From the NCBI RefSeq assembly GCF_004010195.1, contig NC_057741.1:42634941-42698898 (forward strand): a stretch of 63,958 bases of DNA, given 5' to 3'. Within the stretch, counting starts at the first letter, position 1; every line of letters starts with the position of its first letter. The notes below the pieces were generated by a model. It saw nothing but the letters and a program-made list of their open reading frames with translations. It had not been told where the DNA came from and did not search any database. The translations under genes were made by a program, and so were the position numbers. The DNA is from Chiloscyllium plagiosum. Taxonomy: Eukaryota. Of this stretch, positions 1 through 11,938 are shown piece by piece.

Positions 1-308
1 GGCATTGGATAGGCATATGGAGGATAGTGGGCTAGTGTAGGTTAGGTGGGCGCAACATCGAGGGCCGAAGGGCCTGTACTGCACTGTATTCTTCTAATGT
101 TCTATTACTACCAGGGCATCCATTACTGAAAACAAGAAATAGGAAACAGTGTGGGGCATTGGATAGGCATATGGAGGATAGTGGGCTAGTGTAGGTTAGG
201 TGGGCGCAACATCGAGGGCCGAAGGGCCTGTACTGCACTGTATTCTTCTAATGTTCTATTACTACCAGGGCATCCATTACTGAAAACAAGAAATAGGAAA
301 CAGTGTGG
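1..308. repeat. Exact tandem duplication of a 154-bp unit (1-154, 155-308) made of LINE 3' end plus adjacent sequence
   Basis: Both units read identically from GGCATTGGATAGG to AAACAGTGTGG. The first part matches the LINE tail seen in reverse at 63790-63900. Confidence 0.9.
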
Positions 309-606
309 GTCATTGAGCCCTTCAAGGCCAAACCACCATTCACCATGGCTAATTCTCCCTCAGTATCCTTGTATCCTTTGATGTTTTTAAGATGTAGAAA
401 TGCATTCATCGGTCTTCAACGCACGAAGGCTGAGTTTTCACAGCACTCTTTAAAGTGGAAAAAAAATTCAACTCCCTCAGATAGGAAAATCTTCTTCTCC
501 GGGATAAATGACCTAGCCTTATTCTGAGACGAACTCCCATGATTGTACGACCTGCCCTGGAAAGGGGCGATGGGAGTAGGGGGCGAATCCCGCTGCGGCT
601 CCTTAC

Positions 607-863
607 CCGTCAGGCGAGTACTCCAGGTTGAAGGCGGCTCCGTGGGTCTTGGTGCTAAGAGTTACCGAGTCGGCAGGGTTCATGGAGCCATACAGACTGG
701 TCATGATGCAGTGGGTCTCCCGCCCGGAGTCCACCAGCGGCCCGAGGCCGCGGCCCATCGAACGGCCACGGACCCAGGCGAACACACTGCTCTGACGGTG
801 ACGATAGCGGTAACTCTGCAAGCCTGGCTTCCCGGACAGAGTTGGCGGCGTCTTCCCGCTCAT
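607..863 (-). CDS. DCAF10: DDB1- and CUL4-associated factor 10 (WDR32), first coding exon; remaining exons lie beyond the window start
   Basis: ATG at 863 gives MSGKTPP...VFAWVRGRSMGRGL...MTSLYGSMNPADSVTLSTKTHGAAFNLEYSPDG, matching the DCAF10 segment MTSLYGSIHPADSVYLSTRTHGAVFNLEYSPDG as I recall it. GTAAG donor at 606-602 (phase 2); CpG-rich context. Confidence 0.92.
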
Positions 864-1064
864 AGCAGTCCCGGAGCTCTGGCTACACAAATACACCAAC
901 CGTCACAACCGCCTTGTTTCTGGTGTCTCCTCACTCTCTTCCGGGCTCCTGCGCTGCACCCTGCACAAACGTTCCTCAGGGAGGAGCTCATCATAAACAA
1001 AGCGTGACCTTAACAGGAAAACTACAAGTTCATTGCTTGGGTAGTAACTGTAAATTTGAAATAG
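864..1064 (-). promoter_or_regulatory. Probable DCAF10 5'UTR/proximal promoter
   Basis: GC/CpG-rich stretch directly upstream of the ATG, with an ETS-like CCGGAAG on the minus strand near 938-944. Confidence 0.5.
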
Positions 1065-1349
1065 CTGTTCTAAATTGTTTTCAGATTAATAGCAAATAGG
1101 AGAAGAACTTTACAGATTAAAAAAAAATCAGTTTGAAATTTTAAAAATTACCAACATAGAGATATGTTGTGCCTGCGTTTTGTGGGAGCTGGTGAGAACC
1201 CCTTTGTGGGTCACAGACTAAACCTGTCACAAGTTTTAGTTGCTGGAGAAACTCTGACTCTGAGTTGAAGAACTTGAATATGAATTTAGAACACTGGGAC
1301 ACTTCAGGAATTAGAAGATTACATTGATACTGTGTTTCAGGAGTTTGTC

Positions 1350-2083
1350 ACACAGACATACAGCACAGAAACAGAACCTTAGGTCAAACGAGCCTATGCT
1401 GACCAAATGTCCTAAACAAATAGTCCCAACCGCCACCATTTGGCCCATTTCCCTTTAAATCCTTCATATTCATATACCCATCCAGATGCCTTTTACATGT
1501 TGCAATTGTACCAGCATCCACCACTTCCTCTGGCAGCTCATTCCATACACTCACCACCTCACATAAATGTAAATTAAACTCCATCTGCCACTTCTCAGCA
1601 CATTGGCACATCTGATCAAGATCCCATTGTACTCTGAGGTAACCTTCTTTGCTGTCTCCTTCACCTCCAATTTTGGTGTCATCCAGTTACTATCCAATGT
1701 TCCTATTTCAAATTTACAGTTACTACCCAAGCAATGAACTTGTAGTTTTCCTGTTAAGGTCACGCTTTGTTTATGATGAGCTCCTCCCTGAGGGAACGTT
1801 TGTGTAGGGGGCAGCGCAGGAGCCCGGAAGAGAGTGAGGAGACACCAGAAACATGCTCCTATGTTCACATCCAAATCATTTATATAAATGACAAGAAGTA
1901 TCGATCCTTGTCACACATGGCTGATCACAGGCCTCCAGACTGAAAAGCAAACTTCCACCACCACTCTGTCTTCTACCTTGAGCCAATTCTGTATTCAAAT
2001 AGCTAGTTCTCCCTCTATTCCATTTGCTCTAACCTTCCTAGCCAGTCTACCATGAGGATCTTTGTCAAATCTTTACTGAAGTT
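1350..2083 (-). mobile_element. Decayed CR1/HER1-type LINE fragment containing an inverted copy of 915-1064
   Basis: AEKWQMEFN and WNELPEEVV...KRHLDGYM motifs; similar to 30798-32038. Confidence 0.85.
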
Positions 2084-2680
2084 AGCAAGTTTGAGGAGAT
2101 TTGTAGCTCAGATTGAGGTTCTGGATGCAAGCTCACTTGCTGAACTGGAAGGTTCATTTTCAGATGTTTCATCACCGTACTAGGTAACATCATCAGTAGG
2201 CCTCCAGTGAAGCACAGGTGGTATAGCCCACTTTTTATTTATGTGTTTAGGTTTCCTTGGGTTGATGTCATTTCCTCTTCTTTTTCTCATGGAGTGGTAA
2301 ATAGGATCTAAGTCAATGTGTTTGTTGAAAGATTTCTGGTTGGAGTGCCATTCTTCTGGGAGTTCTCATGTGTGTCTCTGTTTGGCTTGTCCGAGGATGA
2401 ATGTGTTGTCCCAGTCGAAATGGTGTCCTTCCTCATCTGTATGTAAAGATACTAGTGAGAGTGGGTCATGTCTTTTTATGGCTAATTGATGTTCATATAT
2501 CCTGATGGCTAGTTTTCTCCGTTTGTCCAATGTAGTGTTTGTTACAGTTCTTGCAAGGTATTTTGTAAATGACATTAGTTTTGCTTGTTGTCTGTATAGG
2601 GTCTTTCAAGTTTATTAGCTGCTGTTTTAGTGTGTTGGTAGGTTTGTAGGCTACCATGATGCCAAGGAGTCTGAGTACCC
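2084..2680 (-). mobile_element. Penelope-like element (Poseidon type), GIY-YIG 3' fragment
   Basis: RKLAIRIYEHQLAIKRHDPLSLVSLH...HHFDWDN. Same family as 59345-60220; degenerate hammerhead core at about 2161-2198. Confidence 0.85.
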
Positions 2681-4324
2681 TCCCCCACCCCTCATCTCTT
2701 TATCTGCAGTTCCCATTACACACACCCCCAGTCCTGAACAAGGGTTACACCCAAAACATTGACTTCTCCACCTCCTGATGCTGCCTGACTTGCTATGTTC
2801 TTCAGCCTCCTGCTTGTCTACCATGGTCAGAATAAATGGCAGAGCAGGCTTAAGGAGGTGAATTGCCTACTCCTGTTCCTAGTTCTTATCATGTATCATA
2901 AAATCTCATTTTATTTAATTTTTGCTGTCAATCTGGACAGGTAAAATCATCTCAATAATAAACATTTATCAACCAATTGAAGTTGTACTGGACTCAAAAT
3001 GATTCCAGATACCAAACCTGCTGAGTTTCTCCAGCATTTTCAGTTTTGCTTTTGAGAGGTAAACAGTCTCCCCATCTGATTCTATGTACAGTAACATGAT
3101 AGAAACTCTTTATCTCAAAAAGCACACAAATTGGAGAACATGACAAACAGCATTAATGAAGAACACAATGTCCACTCAGTATTGGGGATTTGTCTAATGT
3201 CATTTTACTCTAAATGACTCATCCTTTCTTTTAGCAGAAAGATTTCACAATTGAGAGCAATTCTGCTGTGTAACTGACCTTTGAAAAGAGAACAGACTAA
3301 TTCGGCTCACCAGACTGAAGGCTTTGATCAGGTTTACAAAAACAACAGGTAATAGCTTCAAACTTTCTCTGCATTATGTTTGAAGATGTCTCAACTATAT
3401 GTCATGCCCCTGGTTGTACAGTATATGACAAGGCCATTCAAAGTGTTGGAATCAATTATTAAAGAAGTAATAGCAACACATTTGGAAAATCATAATCTAA
3501 TAAAGCAGAGTGAGCATGCCTTCATGACAGGAAAATCGTATCTGACATGAAATGATATATTGAATAAACCTAAATTGCTGTTAAGTCTTTCATCTTTTAG
3601 AATGGTGTAACAACATGGTGGTGAACCCTTCTGCTAATTAAACCAAACACTCAGAAAAGCTTGCCTCTCCTCATAATCTGTTAAAGTATGAGTGACAGAG
3701 AACTCCCAACTTCCACTATTTAAAGAAAAAATATCAATTTACTTTTTAATGCTAAAAGTGAATATTCAACGACAACTGCTTACAACTCAGAGCCTCCTTT
3801 ACATTAAAGGTTTGTTACCTACCTCCCACTCTATAACAACATTGTTCCAATAAAAGAGCCTATTAAAATTACATCAACTTAATTTTCAAAACCAGACAGC
3901 GGCTGTCATCTCTGTCCTCCTTCCTCTGGCTGTAAATATCTCTGGGTCGTCTTTCGCTGTAAAGATGTTTCATATGAAAGAGGTACCTTTAACAGAGTAT
4001 TTTGCAAGCAGTTACTCTGAACAATGGCAGCTGGTTGGCCTCTCTCTGGCTAACTCTCCAAAATGCCTGCTTATAAATGCCAATAAATTCAAATTCAATA
4101 AGGTTTTGGTATCTTGGGGTATAATTTAAACTGACAACTTAAATTCCAACAGTTGCGAAAACAGCCAAATGTTACATATTTTCAATTTTCCAATTCTCTG
4201 AGACTGCTAGCCAGTCACATGACGAGTGCTTGCAGGCTCTCAGTGCAAAACAATTTCACTCTCTCAAAGGTGTAGTACACACCTTCAACTTCATATTAAT
4301 GAACTGTGAAACCTGCAATTCATT

Positions 4325-4972
4325 GTTATGTAAATCCCAGAACTTCTTTCAAGTCACATTCTCAAGATAACTTAAAGTTTTATTTTTAAAAAGTGACATC
4401 TCAGCCCAGACAATGCATCCAAAGTGTGAGTTTAGAGACTGTCTGTATCTCAATCTTGAGACACTGGTTTTATTTCCAAAGTAGGAAGTTATAAAATGTT
4501 ACATGGATTGACTGCCTGAAGATTGTGTGCTTTTTGAGCAAAATACAATGTATCTGCAAATACAATTCTGCAAATGCAAATTCACCCCATAGACAGACAT
4601 ACTCTAACCTCACTCCTTTAATGCATTGCCCAAACTGAGATATCACCTTTTTGTTATGAAACCTCAAGTTATCTCAGGAATGTGACTTGAAAGAAGTTCT
4701 GGGATTACATTTTAATGAATCAAAACCTGCAATCTATTCTAAAAGATGAAAGACTTAACAGCAATCTAGGTTTGTTCAGTATATCAATTCAGTTGCATGA
4801 CACTGTGGACTTTTGCTATAAATTCTGTCTTTTGATCCTGGTCCAAAGCTATCTGGTGAAGGAGCAATGCTCCAAACGCTGGTGTTTCCAAATAAAACCT
4901 GTTGGATTATAACCTGGTATTGTTTGATTTTTAATTTTGTCCACCCCAGTCCAACACTAGCACCTCCACACC
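4325..4972 (+). mobile_element. Penelope-like terminal fragment (family B) with internal inverted repeat
   Basis: The 3' part matches the AAACCTGTTGGACTATAACCTGGTGTTGTGTGATTTTTAAC family. About 4330-4372 is inverted at about 4667-4709. Confidence 0.6.
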
Positions 4973-5054
4973 ATAATTTATTAAGAGTTTTCCAAGGAAG
5001 TCACACCCAAAATGGACAGTGGGAAAACTAGACGTGTTGTATTTGGACTTTCAC

Positions 5055-5355
5055 ATAGAATCCCAACAGTGCAAAAAGAGGCCATTCAGCCTATTGAGTC
5101 TGCGTCAAACAACATCCCACCCAGAACCCCATAATTCTGCATTTACCATGGCTAATCCACCTAGCCTACAAATCTCGACATGACGAACAATTTAACATCG
5201 TCAGTTCATCTATCCTGTACATCTTTGGATGGTGGGAAGAAACTGGAGAACTAGGAGAGAACCCACACAAAACATGCAGACTCCACACAGACAGTTGCCT
5301 GAGGTCAGAATCAAATCCAGGTCACAGGTACTGTGAGGTAGCAGTACTACTGTGT
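5055..5355 (-). mobile_element. HE1-like V-SINE, degenerate
   Basis: Reverse complement resembles 11645-11938. Confidence 0.7.
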
Positions 5356-5359
5356 TGAA

Positions 5360-6450
5360 ATGTACCACATAAGAGGTTAAGTCGTGAGACCGGAGTCCAT
5401 GCTATTGGAGGTAGAACTTTGGCATGGATACAGAATTGGCTAATGGGCAAGTGCAAGTGTGAATAAGGAGTTCTTTTCAAGTTGGAAACCTCCAGCCACT
5501 AGTTTCCACAGGGATCAGTGCTGGAACTACAATGTTTGCAATATATATTAATGATGTGGAAAAAGGAAGTGAATGTATTGTAGCCAAATTTGCAATGACA
5601 TAAAAATGGATGAAAAGGTGGGTTGTGAGAGGGATACAAACAGCTTACAGAGAGATTTTGATAGGTTAAGTAACTGGCAAAAAAGTTGGAAAATGGAATA
5701 TAATGTGGGAAAATGTGAAATTGTTAATTTTAGAAAGGAGAACAAAAGAACAGATTCTATAAAATGGAGAAAAACTGCAGAAAGCTACAAAATAAAAAGA
5801 CTTAAGAGATCTAGTGCACAAAACAATGCTAGCACACAGGTGCAGCAGGTAATCAGGAAGGCTAATGGAATGTTGGCCCTTATTTCAAGCAGATTGGAGC
5901 ATAAAAGTAAGGAGGTCCTACTGCAGCTGTATGAAGTGCTGGTGAGACCACATCTGGAGTACTGAGCATCGTTCTTGGTCTTTCTCTCTTTAATTTCATT
6001 GGAGGCAGTTCCATGAAGGTTCACTGGGATTATCCCTGATCCAGCGCAATTTCTTATGAGCAAATGCTAGTTTCAGAAGTCTGCTCATTGGGGTTTAGAA
6101 GAATGAGAGGTGATCTTGTTGAGACATCAAACATATCGATTCTTAAAGGGTTTGACAGGGTAAATACTGAGATGATGTTTCTCCTCATGGAAGACTTTAG
6201 GACCAGAGTGCATTATAAAGGGACCGCAATTTAAGACTAAAATAAGGAGAAATTTCTTATGAAGGTTGTATGTCTTTGGAACTGTTTGCCACAGAGAGCT
6301 GCAGATAAAAAGAGTCCTTGAGAATCAGGATTATAGAGAAAGGGCAGGAAAATGGATATGAGAATGTCAATCATCTATGATCCCAGGGAATGGCACTGCA
6401 GGCTTGCTGGCCAAATGGCCTATTCTTGTTCTTATTTCTTATGGTCTCCT
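5360..6450 (+). mobile_element. CR1 LINE ORF2 (RT) 3' portion, decayed
   Basis: WKMEYNVGKCEIV...KANGMLALI...LYEVLVRPHLEY with stops and frameshifts. Confidence 0.85.
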
Positions 6451-7049
6451 GGTCTTAAAATCAATTTCAACACAAATTCATTCTTTTTGTTTCATTCACC
6501 TGCCATGTCTAATTCTTGTGACTTGGAACTTATTTCTTGAAAGGATGTTGCAGATTCAATAGGAAAATTCAAAAAGAACAAAAACAGAAATTGCTGGAAA
6601 AGGTTCAACAGGTCTGGCAGCATCTGTGGAGAGAAATCAAAGTTAATGTTTCAGGTCCAGTGACCCTTCTTCAGAAATGCAAAAGGAAATTGGATAAATA
6701 CTTGAAGATAATAAAATGCTGGGTTGAGAGGAAACAGTAGTGAGTGGAACTCATTGGTTGTATGTTTCAAAGAGGGGCTTCCTGTATTGCATCATTCTAA
6801 GCTCTGAAAAGACAAAGTATTTGAGATCGGCTCCACAAGACATATGCTTTTAACAGAGCTGAAAATGTACAAGCAGGATACCAAACTATCTTTCTAGTAC
6901 AATCAGATCTTTTAGGCCAATAAGTCCCTGTTAGGGCTACCCATGTCTGAAGCAGCATAAAATGGCTAAAAGTGGTTCTGACAAAAAGTGGCTGAGGCAA
7001 GTTTTTATTTAGCAGAAACAGCAGCTTGCCTAGTTTTCATCTTAAACTG

Positions 7050-7832
7050 TATGGCTAAGTTTGCAGACGATACAAAGATAGGTAGAGGGACAGTAGCATT
7101 GAGGAGGCAGGGAGGCTGCAGAAGGATTTGGACAGGTTAGGAGAGTGAGTAAAAAAGTGGCTAATGGAGTACAACATGGAAAAGTGAGAGCGCATTCATT
7201 TTGGTATGAAGAATAGAGGCATGGACTAATTTCTAAATGGAGAGAAAATTCAGATGTCTGAGTGCAGAAACTTGGGTGTTCTTGTCTAGGATTTTCTCAA
7301 GGTGAAGTCAGGTTGAGTCAGTAGTTAGGAAGGCAAATGCTATGATGGCATTTATTTTGAGAGGACTTGAACATAAAAGAAGGGGTGTACGTCTGAGGTT
7401 CTAAAAGACTCTGGTAATAAATAAGCACTACCGTAGTTAGGCAGTAGTGTGGGGAAAAAAAAAGGAGTGTCAGACATTCTGTTCACTCTACAAAAAAAAA
7501 GGCTCTGGTCAGACCATATTTGGAGTATTGTGCAGAGTTTTGCACCCCATATCGCAGGAAAAATTACTGCCCTAAAGCATGTTCAGAGGAAGTTCTTGAG
7601 AATGGTCCCAGGAATGAAAAGGAACGTTTGAGGACTCAGGGTCTATATTCAGTGGTGTTTAGAAGGATGCTGGGGGATCTGATTGAAACTTAGAATACTG
7701 AATGGCTTGGACAGTGTAGTTGTTGGAAAGATGTTTCCAGTGGTAGGAGAGACTAGGACCCGAGGGCAATGCCTTCGAATAAAGGGAAGACCTTTTAGTA
7801 CGGAGATAACGAGAAACTTCTTCATCCAGAGA
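7050..7832 (+). mobile_element. CR1 LINE RT fragment
   Basis: KFADDTKIG (AAGTTTGCAGACGATACAAAGATAGGT) and ETRTRGQCLRIKGRPFSTEITRNFF motifs. Confidence 0.85.
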
Positions 7833-7961
7833 AAGGTCTGCCATCCATTAGTTAACCCACCCGCCCGGTAATCGTAGCCTCAGGTTACATATTTTTAAAA
7901 TGCATTCCAAGTATACAGGCATTAAAGAGATTTAACTGCATTTCTATGGATATTCAAAATA

Positions 7962-8996
7962 CAGGTAGTTCTCCTATAACGCCGTAGAGTCATAGAGATG
8001 TACAGCATGGAAACAGACCCTTCGGTCCAACCCGTCCATGCCGACAAGATAGCCCAACCCAATCTAGTCCCACCTGCCAGCACCCAGCCCATATCCCACC
8101 AAACCCTTCCTATTCATATACCCATCCAAATGCCTCTTAAATGTTGCAATTGTACCAGCCTCCACCACTTCCTCTAGCAGCTCACTCCATGCATGTACCA
8201 CCCTCTGCGTGAAAACGTTGCCCCTTAGGTCTCTTTTATATCTTTCCCCTCTCACCCTAAACCTATGCCCCCTAGTTCTGGACTCCCCGACCCCAGGGAA
8301 AAGACTTTGCCTATTTACCCTATCCATGACCATCATAATCTTGTAAACCTCTATAAGGTCACCCCTCAGCCTATTAAGCCTCTCCCTATAGCTCAAATCT
8401 TACAACGTTGGCAACATCCTTGCAAATCTCTTCTGAACCCTTTCAAGCTTCACAACATCTTTCCTATTGGAAGGGGACCAGAATTGTCCAGAGAAGCCTT
8501 GCTTAATAGAAATAATGTGGCCGATGGAAAAAGTGGGGTTGGGGCAGATAAGCAAAACATATCACTCACGATTACTCAAAAATCACCCAAAAGTCTAATA
8601 CAAAGTATAGCACAGCCTGAATGAAGGTTGAAATCATATTTAATGAAACAAAAGTAAATTTAACACAGTACATTTAAAAACACGTAAGCAAGCTGCTCTC
8701 CACACAGTACCTCTCACAAAGCTGCTTTGTTAGCAGCTGACATTGGCGCATGCACAGAACAGCACGAAGACCAGCACCAACATCATGCATGCACAGTACG
8801 GCACCAACACTGGCGCATGTGCAGAATGGCGCACAGATTTCACTACATGCACAAAACAAATCATGCAAACCAATCCCCACTGGAATCATGCAATTGCCAA
8901 CTGAACTAAACGTTCTCAAAAATACCATTTCTTTATTCTTCAGCGACATTATAGCCAAATCACGCTGCTGGATGCACATTATCCCAGAACGCCCTG
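7962..8996. mobile_element. Non-autonomous pogo/Tigger-like DNA transposon (MITE), interrupted by a LINE
   Basis: Imperfect TIRs CAGGTAGTTCTCCTATAACG / CATTATCCCAGAACGCCCTG, flanked by TA on both sides; internal GCGCATGC-rich repeats. Confidence 0.6.
7986..8485 (-). mobile_element. HER1/CR1 LINE 3' end
   Basis: LRGDLIEVYKIM...RTRGHRFRVRGERYKRDLRGNVFTQRVV; CTCTATGACTCTA tail. Confidence 0.9.
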
Positions 8997-11644
8997 TAAG
9001 TCAGATAGTAGCCCTCTTGCTATTGACAGGGGAGTACCAAATAACTGGAACAGGAGCTGAAGCCTGGAAACATGTTCAAATAAGAAGTATAGTGAAGGCC
9101 CCAAGATGCGATTATGGCATCTGGTCACCATCATGGGAAGACCAAGGACTGTTGATCAATGGATCATGCAGTCACATGATTAACCTGATTGGATAGGAAT
9201 GCAATCAGTTAATAATGATTGGTTTGGAGCAGTCAAAAAGGGCTAAAAGAAAATGTATAACACTTTTATTTTCCCTTTTTTCAGTGACAAAGCTTTTGGA
9301 TGTCCAGACATTTTCTTCCTACTGGTGTAAAATTGACAATGAAGTGTATCCAAATGTCGAGATTTATTTAGTCATTTCATCCAACTGAACCCAACATAGT
9401 TACCCCTGATATTGGCAAATACTCACAATCACACTTATGCAACCAGTTTGAACCTCCTTAACCTGATCTCAAAAGCTAGTTGCTATGAGAATCACAAATC
9501 CCTTAACTAGTTCCATAAATTCAATTAACTCAGTAAAGATGTCTTTGCGTTTTGATAAAAAGTGCCTTAAATTTAATCTTACATGAGTCCTCATCTGATC
9601 CCTTCAATGACTGGAATGAGCTTATGTCTATCTTCTCTTTTCTTTTCATAGTTTTAAGTGTTCGTTATTAGTGACAATTTAATTAAGGGACATAAGACAA
9701 TGATTTTTAAATTTTTCAAATCTTGGCATATATTCCCATTGCCAGGCATTTAGTAAAGCTTTTCTGTTATTATTATTTAGATATTGTTCTAAGGAAGATC
9801 TATAATCAGATTAAGAGGTCTAAGTATTTGCTGATATTGAATCAAAGGAAATTTGCAATGTACAAGCCCAAAAACATGACAAGCCCTGCAGAGTGTCTTG
9901 TTCTATAAAAGAAAATAATTGAAGAACTTTTATTCGCTGTGTTTTCAAATAATTTGATAAATTGATAGGACACTCAAGCAAAAGTGACAATGATCCTTCA
10001 TTTTCATGTGTACGCAAGGAGAGTTAAAAGGAATAGGCCATTCAGCCTGTTCCATTATTCAATATGATCATTGTTGATCAAACATTTCAATGCCTTTTAC
10101 GCATCCAATCCATATAAATTTGATTATTAATGGCATAAGGGGTTATCAACTTCTACTTTAAATATACTTAAAAGTCAGTGCTTCCACAACTTTCAGAGGA
10201 AGACAATTCCAAAGATTCACCATCCTCTGAGTGAAAGTAATTTGCCTAATCTCAGTCCTAAATGGCATTGCCTTTTATTTTTCAATTAGAACTAGAGGGC
10301 ATCAACTCCCCAATCAGGGGAAATGCCTGCATCCACCCTGTGTATCTAGGAAGCTGTAGTGACAGGTCTGTAAGCACTGGACTGGTAATCAAAAACCACA
10401 TCCTAATATTCTAAGGACGTAGGTTTGAATGCCATAATAGCAGATGGTATAATATGTATGTTCTTTTAAGTTCAGAATTGAAAAGCTTATCTGGATAATT
10501 CAAGTATTTTAGGGAAGAAAATCTGCCACCTTCACCTGGTCTGGCCAACTTACTCCAGACCGAAAGCAATGCAACTGACTCTGAGGTAATTAGGGATGAG
10601 CAAGAAATTCTGGACAAACCAATGATGTCCACATCCCATGAACAAAAAGAATATCCCTCTATCACTTCCAGTACTTTTATAGGTTTTAATGAGATGACCT
10701 CTAACTTTTCAAAACTCCAGAGATTATAGGCCCACTTTGTATAATCACTCTTCATGGAACAATTCCATCATCTCAGGAACACGTTTAGTGAACCTTTGTT
10801 GCACTCCCTCAATGGCAATATCATCTTTCCAGATAAGGAAACCAAAACTGTACAGTACTCAAGATGCAGTCTAACCAAGCTCCTGTACAATTGGTAAGCA
10901 AGAATAGAATAGGAATTCAATCTAGCAAATGTAAGAATGGACTGTAAAGGTTTTGGCAAATAAAAATAGGAAACATTTCGCTAAGGCAAATGTGGGTCCA
11001 TTAAAAAGGAGAGTCAGGACACTTTATAAGGGAAATAGAGAAGTGGCAGAGAAGTTAAATAATTATTTTGTATCTGTTTTTACAGCAAGATACAAGAAAT
11101 CTCCCAGAATTAGACATCCAAGTGACAAGGGAGATTGAGGACTTGAAGGAAATTTGTATGAGTGGAGAAATTAATGGGCTCAAAGTTGATAAATCCACAG
11201 GACCTGAGTCTATATTTCCGAGCAATGAAGTAGACTGGTCAATAGATACACATGCAGGAGATATGTATGGTCACTGTCTTGTCCTTGATGGTTTCACCCA
11301 CTCACAGATTACCTTAATCAAAAACTTTATAAAAATTACTGATTCTTAATTACTGGACTTTAGGCGTAAATATTTGAAGTACCAAATCAAATTAACAAAC
11401 AATATCCCGGTTCTCTTTTTGCTTAAACTGCATCCAACTTCTAGATATTCTTTCTATTCCCTTTTATAGTTCCCAAAATAAGTTGTTCCAATCAAAGCTT
11501 TAACTTATCTATACTGGTCACATCTGCATTTTCCTTTCACTAACCTTATCAATTCCAAAATTGATATATTCACTTATAGCCTAACAAAATATTTCAAGTT
11601 CTCAAAACAAATTTCCTGTTTGTTTTGAGGTATCTGTTACTACT

Positions 11645-11938
11645 GTGGCGCCACAGCGGTTAGCACTGCTGCCTCACAGCGCCAGAGACCTGGGTTCAAT
11701 TCCTGCCTCAGGCGACTGACCGTGTGGAGTTTGCACATTCTCCCAGTGTCTGCGTGGGTTTCCTCCGGGTGCTCTGGTTTCCTCCCACAGTCCAAAAATG
11801 TGCGGGTTAGGTGAATTGGCTATGCTAAATTGCCCATAGTGTTAGATGAAGGGGTAAATGTAGGGGAATGGGTCTGGGCGGGTTGGTGTGGACTTGTTGG
11901 GCCGAAGGGCCTGCTTCCACACTAAGTAATCTAATCTA
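11645..11938 (+). mobile_element. HE1-like tRNA-derived V-SINE
   Basis: tRNA-like head with GGTTCAATTCC B box, V-domain TGTGGAGTTTGCACATTCTCCC...GGGTTTCCTCCGGGTGCTC, and (AATCT)n tail. Confidence 0.9.

Noticed and set aside
543-1007. 154-aa plus-strand ORF
   Set aside because: Antisense shadow of the GC-rich DCAF10 exon, with no recognisable protein.
11645-11710. tRNA gene (also other GGTTCAATTCC sites)
   Set aside because: tRNA-derived SINE heads continuing into the V-domain and LINE-like tail; not stand-alone tRNAs.
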